Positions 51,616 to 60,592 of a stretch of DNA of 64,000 bases are shown one piece after another (the stretch's first letter is position 1; every line of letters starts with the position of its first letter). The notes under the pieces were generated by a model. The model saw only the letters and a program-made list of their open reading frames with translations, ran no database searches and was not told where the DNA came from. A program made the position numbers and the translations under genes. Origin of the DNA: an uncultured Alistipes sp. (GTDB lineage: Bacteria > Bacteroidota > Bacteroidia > Bacteroidales > Rikenellaceae); NCBI GenBank assembly GCA_900550375.1, contig URRP01000006.1:9583-73582 (forward strand). The letters are read 5' to 3'.

Positions 51616-51851
51616 ATGTCACAAAAAAAATTGAACAGGGACTTGTTCCCTTGAATTCGAACCTCAATGATGAGGTGTATGTAAAAGAACTGGAACAACG
51701 ACTCGAAACTGATCCGCTCGGTGTCGGAGGCTTGCTGGATTTCTGTCAAGGGCATGACATCTCGCTATTTACAGTGTGTGATAAGGGGTATGAAATTCGC
51801 CCGTGCGGAGGCGGAGAGCATATCGTGTGCAGCAAAGGATATTCAGATTAA
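51616..51851 (+). CDS. Putative RiPP precursor, 78 aa if the A8 tract is A9 (66 aa from TTG 51651 as sequenced)
   Basis: Restored: MSQKKIEQGLVPLNSNLNDEVYVKELEQRLETDPLGVGGLLDFCQGHDISLFTVCDKGYEIRPCGGGEHIVCSKGYSD; starts 16 nt after the rSAM stop. Confidence 0.8.
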
Positions 51852-51856
51852 TATTT

Positions 51857-51893
51857 TACTACATAGGGATTTGCTCGTAATCCCTATGTAGTA
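51857..51893 (+). terminator. Perfect 15-bp hairpin after the precursor
   Basis: TACTACATAGGGATT-TGCTCGT-AATCCCTATGTAGTA followed by TTT. Confidence 0.8.
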
Positions 51894-51911
51894 TTTATAT
51901 TTTTTAATAAA

Positions 51912-54269
51912 ATGAGATATTTGTTATCCATTCTGTTTGGCGGATTTATAAGTATAAATTCAGTTTTCGGACAAATATTACCTCCTGTAATAGGAACAAT
52001 ATTAGATGAAAAAGCTGTACCTATCGCCTACGCTACGGTACAGTTATTGTCGCTGCCCGACTCTACATTTGTAAGGGGTGCAGTTAGCGACAAGGAGGGG
52101 CGATTCGAGCTAAATACATCCTCGGTTCAATTGGAACAGGTTTGCCTGAAAGTATCATTTATCGGCTATTGCACTGAGGTCATCTCTCCGATCAGAACTG
52201 ACATGGGGACGATCACGCTGCATGTCAACGAGAATGAAATTACAAGCGTTGTAGTCAAAGGCCGCAAACCCTCGTATATGTTGGAGGGTAGCAGCGTGAT
52301 CATGCCGGTTCAGAATACGTTTTTGAGTAAATTGAATCGCGTCACCGATGTGATGCGTTATCTGCCGGGAGCATGGAGCGACGGAGTAAGCCCCATTCCG
52401 ACCGTATTGGGGAAAGGCAAACCGAAGGTTTATCTCAATGGTCGTTTGGTGCGCGACGAGTCGGAGGTGAAGCAGCTCCGTGCGCGCGAAATCAAGCAAA
52501 TCGAGTTGGATACGAATCCCGGAGCGGAATATTCGTCGAGTACGGAGGCGGTAATTCGCATTACGACGCTTCCACGCGGTGAAGGATTGAGCGGGTATGT
52601 CGATCTTTACGGTCGATGGTCTGAGAAAGGATTGCACACCGAAGTGATTTCCTTGAATTATCGCCATAAAAAGTTCGATCTTTTCGGAGATATTGAATAT
52701 CAACGCGGCTATGGAAGCATCTCGCAGGCTACGAACGATATTAGCGTTTATACACAACCCGATTGGCGCGTACTATCGACATCCAATATCGAGTCGAAAG
52801 AAATTGCCTACCTCGGTACGCTGGGATTCAACTATCAGCCTTCGAAAGACCATACGCTGGGAATGCGTTATCGATTGACGGCCGAGCATCCGACACGGAC
52901 GCTTGATCGTTCGGAAATACATTATTTTCTGGCAGGCGAAGAGAATGACGTTATCGGTTCTATACAAAACAGTGAACAGGATAATACCCAGCACTATCTG
53001 AATGGATACTATAACGGTAAACTGTCCAAAGATTTTTCATTGGAGTTCAATTTCGACGCCATGTTCAGTGATGCGGATCGAAAACAACAAAGCGTCGAAA
53101 TGAGTTCCACGGCGGGAATGCGGACGATCGATACGCGTTCGAAAGCCGATAATAGATTGTTAGCGACAAAGGCTATTTTCGAATATCGCATGGGCAAACA
53201 CAAGTTCCGTTTCGGTGGCGCCTATACCGATGTGAATCGCGATAACGATTATTTCATTACACTCGAAGAAATCGGTAATTCCGATATTCGCACGACCGAA
53301 CAGAAAGGGGTCGGTTTTTTGGATTACAGTTACAAACAGGGTAAAGTTACCTTCAAGGCCGGAATCCGCTATGAGCACACTGCCACGAATTATTATGACA
53401 CAGGAGTGCGGCAGGCAGATCTATGCCGTAAATATGACAACCTTTTCCCCAGTACCTCGATCTCTTTTCCAGTAGGGAAGGGAAGCATGTCGTTGGCTTA
53501 TTCGCACTCAATGAAACGTCCGTCATTCAGCAGTTTGAACGGCAATATCAACTATTATGATCCATTTACGCTCGGATCGGGCAATCCTCTGTTACGACCG
53601 ACAGTCAATCAGACTGTGACGTGGAAAGCTACTTACCAATGGTTCTATCTTTCGGCCTCCTACCGGCACACGCGCGATGCAATCATTACGATCCGGCGGC
53701 TTTACGACGACAATACGATAACGATCAACCATATGGAAAATTTGGATAAAGCGCAATCGTTGAACGTGAACGCGTCGATTTCGCCGACGATCGGGTGCTG
53801 GCATCCTAAATTGTTGGCCGATTATACGCAACCGTTCGTGCGCTTCGAAGCGCCGGAGGGGATGCGGAATTTCAATCGCGGAATCTTTTTCTTTTCGTGG
53901 ATGAATACGCTCGAACTGCCAGCCGATTTCACGCTGTCGGCATGGGCGAGCTATACGTCGAACGGAAACATCCACTACAATGTATTCCGAAAATATGTAT
54001 GGGATCTGGATTTTTCGGTTACGAAAAGTTTTTTCGACGGACGATTCGAGGTTTATGTCAACATACACGACCCGTTCAACTGGTATAAGTTCGATTACGT
54101 GCGAACCAATCCGGCGACAGTGCAAGCGGGACATAACCGTACCAATTATCGGATGTTTCGTTGTGAATTGACCTACTATTTCAACAAAACCAAGACCCGA
54201 TATAAGGGAAAAAGCGTTTACGGAGACGACATAAACCGAACAGCCGATTTGGAAAATGTAAAACTTTGA
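51912..54269 (+). CDS. TonB-dependent-receptor-like outer-membrane barrel with N-terminal carboxypeptidase-regulatory-like domain
   Basis: Signal peptide; PIAYATV..DSTFVRG..SFIGY; plug-like YLNGR..IELDTNPGAEY; barrel strands ending LTYYFN..RYKG. Confidence 0.85.
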   Translation: MRYLLSILFGGFISINSVFGQILPPVIGTILDEKAVPIAYATVQLLSLPDSTFVRGAVSDKEGRFELNTSSVQLEQVCLKVSFIGYCTEVISPIRTDMGTITLHVNENEITSVVVKGRKPSYMLEGSSVIMPVQNTFLSKLNRVTDVMRYLPGAWSDGVSPIPTVLGKGKPKVYLNGRLVRDESEVKQLRAREIKQIELDTNPGAEYSSSTEAVIRITTLPRGEGLSGYVDLYGRWSEKGLHTEVISLNYRHKKFDLFGDIEYQRGYGSISQATNDISVYTQPDWRVLSTSNIESKEIAYLGTLGFNYQPSKDHTLGMRYRLTAEHPTRTLDRSEIHYFLAGEENDVIGSIQNSEQDNTQHYLNGYYNGKLSKDFSLEFNFDAMFSDADRKQQSVEMSSTAGMRTIDTRSKADNRLLATKAIFEYRMGKHKFRFGGAYTDVNRDNDYFITLEEIGNSDIRTTEQKGVGFLDYSYKQGKVTFKAGIRYEHTATNYYDTGVRQADLCRKYDNLFPSTSISFPVGKGSMSLAYSHSMKRPSFSSLNGNINYYDPFTLGSGNPLLRPTVNQTVTWKATYQWFYLSASYRHTRDAIITIRRLYDDNTITINHMENLDKAQSLNVNASISPTIGCWHPKLLADYTQPFVRFEAPEGMRNFNRGIFFFSWMNTLELPADFTLSAWASYTSNGNIHYNVFRKYVWDLDFSVTKSFFDGRFEVYVNIHDPFNWYKFDYVRTNPATVQAGHNRTNYRMFRCELTYYFNKTKTRYKGKSVYGDDINRTADLENVKL

Positions 54270-54298
54270 ATAATAGTACCAGAGCAACTATATTATTA

Positions 54299-54480
54299 TA
54301 GGAAAGAAAATAAATAAGAGGACTGGAGTCTTTGAATTAGAGACTCAATGACGATATATATATGTAAAAGAACTGGAACAACGATCGAAACAGATCCGTT
54401 ATGTATCGAAATGAACTGGGATTGGTATTGCGATATATGTGATAATATAATATGATAATGCCGATCTTTGTCCTGAATTT
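54299..54480 (+). pseudogene. Decayed second precursor gene
   Basis: Reads GLESLN*RLNDDI/YVKELEQR/ETDPLCIEMNWDWYCDICDNII across a stop and indels; 24 nt identical to precursor 1 (54361-54384 = 51678-51701). Confidence 0.8.
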
Positions 54481-54514
54481 ATTATATACCATGTTTTTCT
54501 GCCATTATTAATCT

Positions 54515-55729
54515 ATGGGATCATTCGACGACATAAAGCGAATCGAGGTATCGGAGTTTCATACTTCCAATACCGAAGCGACCTATCTGGCGAAATACGG
54601 TGAAAAGTATTATGAGATCAATGCCGCTGTTGCAGGCATTCTATCGGCTGCACGCGAGGCGGCGACGGAGCGGGAGGCGGTCGAACGGTATATAGAAGCC
54701 TGCGGCGGGCGATATTCGGAGGCGGACGTACGGAGCGTTCTCGATAAGTGCATGACGCTTTTCGACGACACTCCGGCAAAAAAAACGCCGTTCATTCTTC
54801 GTTTCGATCTGATTCCCGCCGATAAAATCGCATGGTTGACGCGGAAACTCGCTTTTCTGTTCAATAGCGGCATCATGTTGCCGTTGTTGTTGTCGGTCGC
54901 TGCTTTGGATATTTATTTCTGTGCGACCGACACGCTGCTCATTGCCGCAGGGAGTGTCAATCTGTACGTTATCATCGGGTTGCTGTTATTCATCGTAGTC
55001 TCTTCGTGCATTCATGAATTGGGGCATGCAACCGCCTGCCGTCATTATGGGATCGAACATGGTAATGTGGGATTCGGGCTGTATCTGAACTTTCCTGTAT
55101 TTTACACCGATGTTTCGAACATCTGGCGGTTGAAACGCGGGCAGCGATGCGTGGTGAATCTTGCCGGAATCTATTTTCAGTCCATTATTCTGCTGCCGGT
55201 TCTAATCGCCTATTTTATCACGGGGCATCCGATTCTGAAATATATCGTCCTGCTCACGAACATCAATTTCGTCATTACGCTCAATCCCTTCTTCCGTTTC
55301 GACGGATACTGGTTGATGACCGATCTGCTCGGAATCGCCAATCTGCGGGCGAAGAGCATGGAGCTTTTGCGCTACCTTTACTATCGGGTGCGCGGAAAAG
55401 CGCCCGAGGGGTGGAAACCCGCATTGTTGATGGTCAAGCCAGCCTACAGATATGCGTTATTCGTCTATTCCATAGTGGTCAATCTGTTTTTCGGGTATTA
55501 TTTCTTCTACATCATTCCCGTATTCATGATCCGTTTCGTCGAAACTTTCCCCGAGTTGGTCCATACGCTGCTCGCCTCTCTTTCGGCCGGGATAATGCCC
55601 GATTTCGGTATCATTCAACAGATCGTGGCTCAGCTTTTATTCATGGCGATTACCGCTTATTTCTTGTATCGAATGATTAAACCTCTGACGAAAATCGTCA
55701 AATGGAAGAAAACGCCCAGTCCGCAGTAA
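54515..55729 (+). CDS. M50 (site-2) membrane metalloprotease, YydH/EpeP-like, with PqqD/RRE-like N-terminus
   Basis: HELGH zinc motif, FPVFYTDVS, NPFFRFDGY; soluble N-terminus KYYEINAAVAGILSAA followed by helices. Confidence 0.85.
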   Translation: MGSFDDIKRIEVSEFHTSNTEATYLAKYGEKYYEINAAVAGILSAAREAATEREAVERYIEACGGRYSEADVRSVLDKCMTLFDDTPAKKTPFILRFDLIPADKIAWLTRKLAFLFNSGIMLPLLLSVAALDIYFCATDTLLIAAGSVNLYVIIGLLLFIVVSSCIHELGHATACRHYGIEHGNVGFGLYLNFPVFYTDVSNIWRLKRGQRCVVNLAGIYFQSIILLPVLIAYFITGHPILKYIVLLTNINFVITLNPFFRFDGYWLMTDLLGIANLRAKSMELLRYLYYRVRGKAPEGWKPALLMVKPAYRYALFVYSIVVNLFFGYYFFYIIPVFMIRFVETFPELVHTLLASLSAGIMPDFGIIQQIVAQLLFMAITAYFLYRMIKPLTKIVKWKKTPSPQ

Positions 55730-57876
55730 AACGGCTTACACTCGTATGTTCGCTTGCCCTGACGGGAGGATGGTTCCTTTCGACATTTCTGCCGCAAGGA
55801 GATTCATGGGGGCTGTTCGGAATTCTTTCGGCCGCCGTTCTGTGTTGTATTTGGCGGAAAAAACAGATCGGATTCACGATCATCGATGCCGGTGTAATCG
55901 GCATCTGGTTGTATGATCTGGTGTCCCTTACATGGAGCATAAATTCTTCGCCGACGATTGTTTCCCTATACACGGAGACGACGGCCGTAGCCTGTTATTT
56001 TCTGGTACGCTATTTATCGCAGTTCGGGAAAGGAATTCGATGGCTGCTTGGTATTTTCTGCGTGATCATCGGAATTATCGTGGTCATCGGACTCGGAACA
56101 TTCTGGTTTTACATCGAGGCGCTAAAAGAGATCGGCATTGAAAACACCTATTTCTTTCGTCATCTGTATCGTCCGTTTGCCCTTGCCCCGAACGATTGGG
56201 CCGGTCTGCTATGGCTTTTCGGCGGAATCGTCGCCGTCGCTTATACCGTTTTCGAGGCAAGGCAGGCAAAGCGATGGCTTCTCGTTTTCGGCATCTGTAT
56301 TTTATTCCTGATCGTCGTCTCCTTTTCGAGAGGAATGTACATCTCGTTGGGAATATTTTTCATAACCGCCATCGTATATTTATTTAGACGACCGTCTCCT
56401 GAGCGTCTTTGGATTTTCGGAATCCTATTTGCCTTCTTGATAATTACCGCTGTACTGTTTCGCGTACCGGTCTGCTCGACCCTCCGAATGGGTGAAACGG
56501 TCTCTCAACAACGCAGTACCTCGGGACGGATCGAAATGATCGAGGAAGCATGTGAAACCGTAAAGGAATACCCCGTTGTCGGCGTCGGAATGGGAAACTT
56601 TACGCTGGCTCTGAATCCTTCCTATTTTGAAGACGATCGGGTCGGTTTTACGAGCTATGCACCCAACCTACTCGTCCAGATCGCTGTCGAGAAGGGAATC
56701 TTCGGACTGATTTTATACTTATGTTGGGCCGGCGGTATTCTTTTCTACTGTATTCGCAACTCGCAATCGGCGGGTCGGGTCGCCTTGTTCTTCCTGTTCT
56801 TATATGCTGTCAGAGAACAGACTTTCCCGATTTTTCTCGAATCGGGTAGCGCTCAATGCCTCGTCTTTATCCTGTTGGCCGTCATGCAAAGTCATGCGAC
56901 ACGACAGTTAAGAGGATCGTTATCAAGTAAAGGATATACATTCGTATTCCCTGTTTTATTGTTGGTGACATGTATTGGAACAAGTTGTTTCATTTGGAAA
57001 ACAGTTCGGAATAATCGTCATTTCAGAGCATGCGAAACGGCTCTCGTGGAAAAGAATTGGGAGGTTGTACAATATGAACTTGCAGCGTGTTCGCGGTCAA
57101 CGCCAGCAATTGTCAATAGCGCACTTGCCTATGCTGAAATTTATGAACACACACAAAAAGACGATTTATTGCGACGAGCGGATTCTCTGTTGCAAGTTGC
57201 CATTGCGAGAAATCCGAAAGATAATTACCCGCTTTATCTGCAAGCCATGCGCCCCATGTTGTCAGAAAATTATCCTGAAAGCGAACGCCTTTTGCGTGAA
57301 TTGGTTACGAAATACCCCAATAATGCGATTTATCGATTTGGATTCTTCAAATGTTTGTATCAACAAACTAAAACGGATGAAGCCGCAGAGCAATTATCTC
57401 GATGTATAGTATTGTCTCCCCGAATCATGGATACTGAATTTTGGGGTACATCGGCTCAACGAGATTCGATTTTATTTGAAAAAACGCGAGGGCGATTGCA
57501 GGCAATCTTGCAAGACTCATCCTCGGGGCCACTTTTGTCGGCTCGTCTGGGCAAAATCGCTTTCGAGTTGGGGGATCATCTCCTCGCTGAAAAATATTTG
57601 TCCGAGAGCTTGCGTCAACTGCCCAATTTATCTGGAGCATGGTATAATTTGGGACAGGTATATTGTAAAATGGGGAATGACCGACAGGCGTCCGTATGTT
57701 TCAAACGAGCCTATCGACTGGAACGAGGCGTCTTTGCTCCGCTCGACCGGCTCGACGATTATCTCCAAAGTCGAAATATCCTTCGGATGACGCCTGAAAT
57801 ATTACTGCGTACTCGGTATGCGATGAAATTCCAACGTTGGTATTCATCCCGATTATTACTCGATGGTATAAACTAA
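55702..57876 (+). CDS. O-antigen-ligase (Wzy_C/GT-C) family membrane protein with C-terminal TPR repeats
   Basis: Many TMs; SFSRG, SGR..YPVVGVGMGNF, APNLLVQIAVEKGIFG; TPR AWYNLGQVY..ASVCFKRAYRL. Confidence 0.82.
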   Translation: MEENAQSAVKRLTLVCSLALTGGWFLSTFLPQGDSWGLFGILSAAVLCCIWRKKQIGFTIIDAGVIGIWLYDLVSLTWSINSSPTIVSLYTETTAVACYFLVRYLSQFGKGIRWLLGIFCVIIGIIVVIGLGTFWFYIEALKEIGIENTYFFRHLYRPFALAPNDWAGLLWLFGGIVAVAYTVFEARQAKRWLLVFGICILFLIVVSFSRGMYISLGIFFITAIVYLFRRPSPERLWIFGILFAFLIITAVLFRVPVCSTLRMGETVSQQRSTSGRIEMIEEACETVKEYPVVGVGMGNFTLALNPSYFEDDRVGFTSYAPNLLVQIAVEKGIFGLILYLCWAGGILFYCIRNSQSAGRVALFFLFLYAVREQTFPIFLESGSAQCLVFILLAVMQSHATRQLRGSLSSKGYTFVFPVLLLVTCIGTSCFIWKTVRNNRHFRACETALVEKNWEVVQYELAACSRSTPAIVNSALAYAEIYEHTQKDDLLRRADSLLQVAIARNPKDNYPLYLQAMRPMLSENYPESERLLRELVTKYPNNAIYRFGFFKCLYQQTKTDEAAEQLSRCIVLSPRIMDTEFWGTSAQRDSILFEKTRGRLQAILQDSSSGPLLSARLGKIAFELGDHLLAEKYLSESLRQLPNLSGAWYNLGQVYCKMGNDRQASVCFKRAYRLERGVFAPLDRLDDYLQSRNILRMTPEILLRTRYAMKFQRWYSSRLLLDGIN

Positions 57877-57891
57877 AAAAGAAGCCTCAAT

Positions 57892-59835
57892 ATGAAATCC
57901 TTCAAAATCTTATTTCTCAGTTTGACAATTATCGCGGGGAGTTGTCGTCGTGTGGATATCGAATTGGAGCAGGCTCTGATCACAGCCCGAGAGAATCGGC
58001 CTGAGCTGGAAAAGGTATTGGACCACTATGTGCAATCGGAAGCCGACTCACTCAAATACAAAGCCGCCGTCTATCTGATCAAATACATGCCTTATCATTA
58101 CTCTTTATCCGGTAAATATAATGATTATTGCAATGCTGTGGATTCGGCTGTATCTGAGATAAGTGATTCCGAACAATTGAAGCAAATCATACAACGGTTA
58201 TCCGAAGAATATGCTCCGCAAATCGAGGCTTCACCCAATATAATGTACCTGACCTCCGATTTCTTGATCCGTAATATCGAACAGGCATTCGCCTTATGGC
58301 AAGAAGGCTTATGGGCGCATCATCTCGATTTCGACCATTTTTGCGAATATCTCCTTCCGTACCAGTGCATTAATGGTCAACCTGTTGAAAACTGGAGAGA
58401 TTCGTTATACAATGTATGTCGGGGAAGCATGGACATTCTTTGGATGAATTACGATTATGAATACAATCCGCTTTCGGCTGTGAGTACCGTCAACAGCGCA
58501 TTGAAGAAAAAAGCTCCGAAACAGAAATGGGTCAACGACTTACGAATGATACCTGTTCGAAAGGTCAATACTTTGCTGAAAATGCCGTTTGGAGAGTGCG
58601 AAGATTACGCTTATACGGCGACAGCCGTTATGCGGAGTAAAGGATTGCCTGTGGCGATCGATTACACTCCCCAATGGCCCGATCGCCTATGCGGTCATAG
58701 TTGGTGCGTGATGTATTCTCAGCGGGGAGATAACCAAATGTTCAATCCACTGGCTTCCAATCCCTACAATCCGCATTATCCTTATGGGCGTTTCGCCAAA
58801 ATTTTCCGAAAAACGTATCGGACAAATCCAGAATTGTTGGCATTATTGCGGCAGGGATATGAATTTCCACAATTGTTGAAAGATGTTTTGAATCAAGATG
58901 TCACAGATGAATATGAAGTGACCTCCGATTTGACTGTCGAGACCTTCCGCAAACGTTATGGTACCGATTTGGCATTTCTTTCCGTATTCGATAATTATAA
59001 TTGGTGTCCCGTATATTGGGGCAAGCTAAAAAGAGGCAAGGTAACATTCCGCAAAATGGGTAGAAATGTCACCTATCTTCCGATGATCTATAGAGACAGC
59101 ACGTTGCAACCGATCGGCTATCCGTTCGAAGTAGATGGAAGGGGGCAAATAACTCCTATTTGTATCGATACGACGTGTCGTCAGACCATTCTGTTGGATC
59201 GTAAATGTCAAATTTACCAGAAAGTATACAATGTCAAAGAATTGGTACAGTATGGAATTATCGAGGCCTCCAATCATCGGGATTTCCGCGATGCGGAACT
59301 GATGGCCGAATTTCCGCAGTGGACGTTGACCTCTGGAAGTGAAAAAATTCCAGCTAAAGCATATCGCTATTGGAGATTCCGGGCTTCCAAACAGGATGAA
59401 TGTGACATGGCGGAACTCTATTTTTATACAAAAGAGACATCCATGCCGATAAAAGGGGAAATTATAGACTGCGGAAAACTTGTAGAACATGATACAGAAC
59501 ATAGCTGCGATAAAATATCCGATGGAGATCCTTTAACCTATTTCCGAGCAAAAGGCGATTGTTGGGTAGGGTTCGATTTTCAGTGTCCCGTCATGATCGA
59601 TCATGTATCCTATATTCGTCGGGGCGACGGTAATGCAATTTGTCCGGGCGATGTCTATGAATTTTATTATTGGAACAATGAACGTTGGGTATTGCATGAT
59701 AAACAAATTGCGACGGATGTGGTCTTGCAATTCGATAATGTCCCGACGGATGGCTTGTATTATATCAAAGGACTTTCACGTGGACGAGCGAATCGAATTT
59801 TCACATGGAAAAACAATCGTCTGTATTGGCGTTAG
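57892..59835 (+). CDS. Lipoprotein with transglutaminase-like core and C-terminal discoidin-like domains
   Basis: Lipobox IAGS-C; FCEYLLPY, GECEDY, GLPVAIDYTPQW, GHSW; YRYWRF and DGDPLTY motifs. Confidence 0.8.
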   Translation: MKSFKILFLSLTIIAGSCRRVDIELEQALITARENRPELEKVLDHYVQSEADSLKYKAAVYLIKYMPYHYSLSGKYNDYCNAVDSAVSEISDSEQLKQIIQRLSEEYAPQIEASPNIMYLTSDFLIRNIEQAFALWQEGLWAHHLDFDHFCEYLLPYQCINGQPVENWRDSLYNVCRGSMDILWMNYDYEYNPLSAVSTVNSALKKKAPKQKWVNDLRMIPVRKVNTLLKMPFGECEDYAYTATAVMRSKGLPVAIDYTPQWPDRLCGHSWCVMYSQRGDNQMFNPLASNPYNPHYPYGRFAKIFRKTYRTNPELLALLRQGYEFPQLLKDVLNQDVTDEYEVTSDLTVETFRKRYGTDLAFLSVFDNYNWCPVYWGKLKRGKVTFRKMGRNVTYLPMIYRDSTLQPIGYPFEVDGRGQITPICIDTTCRQTILLDRKCQIYQKVYNVKELVQYGIIEASNHRDFRDAELMAEFPQWTLTSGSEKIPAKAYRYWRFRASKQDECDMAELYFYTKETSMPIKGEIIDCGKLVEHDTEHSCDKISDGDPLTYFRAKGDCWVGFDFQCPVMIDHVSYIRRGDGNAICPGDVYEFYYWNNERWVLHDKQIATDVVLQFDNVPTDGLYYIKGLSRGRANRIFTWKNNRLYWR

Positions 59836-59879
59836 TCAAGTTCCTGTCGAGATTGGATTTGTTTGGATATAAGTTCCCT

Positions 59880-60420
59880 TTATCGTATTTCTAAAAAGGA
59901 CTATTGGGTTGGTTTGAATAAATCCCCGCGTTTTTGCAATGTTCACGACTTTGCTAGAATTGCGTAAATACTTGACTGTCGTATTATTATTGTTATTCCT
60001 GACAGTCATCAGATAGTGCTGACACCCCTCCCCAAAGCGGTAGATTTAACTCTCTGACATCCAAGTCATTAATGCCTTGTGCACTTGCCGAAAATTCACG
60101 AAACAGTTTCAGCGAAGTCAGGTGCCGTTTGTAGGTATTGACCGCCACGGTCTTACCGATCAACTCTTTTAGTTTGACGTTGTGTCCCTCATAAAACCTG
60201 CAAAGCATTTCACTGTCTCTCTGCTCAACACCTTTGTATCGGCGCATTACCTCTTGAACGCTTACCTGCTTACCCTCGGCCAGCAATTCTTTCTCAATGT
60301 CGTAGATACGAAATTCCTGCTGGTCAGGGTATTCGTTCAATTGTTTGTTCGATAAGGTATTGTTCCTGACTCTGCCCTTGGCCGTAATCCAATGGTAAAA
60401 TGCTGCAATACAGAGAAATA
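59880..60420 (-). pseudogene. Tyrosine integrase remnant (arm-binding/SAM-like part only, frameshifted)
   Basis: WITAKGRVR..KQLNEY, HNVKLKELIGK..TYKRH, then frame-shifted HYLMTVRNNNNNTTVKYLRN..IAKTRGFIQTNP; no catalytic domain seen. Confidence 0.8.
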
Positions 60421-60536
60421 TACAGCACTCTCTTGGACTTCCGCTTGGACTTGGCAGGTCCAACTACAACTCCCATGAATTCTCCAAGTAAACTTTTCCC
60501 GAATCTTGCTAAGAAGTGCATATAGGGCACAAAAAG

Positions 60537-60570
60537 AAAATCCTGTAATTCTCAGAATTACAGGATTCTT
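60537..60570 (-). terminator. Terminator downstream of tmRNA
   Basis: AATCCTGTAATTC-TCA-GAATTACAGGATT with a U-tract on the minus strand. Confidence 0.85.
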
Positions 60571-60592
60571 CTAGTAAATACTTGATTTTCAG

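Larger units (their letters stand above)
49880..60590. mobile_element. Degenerate genomic island downstream of tmRNA; left boundary approximate
   Basis: Visible shift to AT-richer sequence; integrase remnant adjacent to the ssrA 3' end; accessory cargo genes. Confidence 0.7.

Noticed and set aside
51727..51732. GG in the precursor as a classical double-glycine cleavage site
   Set aside because: No C39 peptidase/ABC transporter in the cluster, and the second copy lacks the GG.
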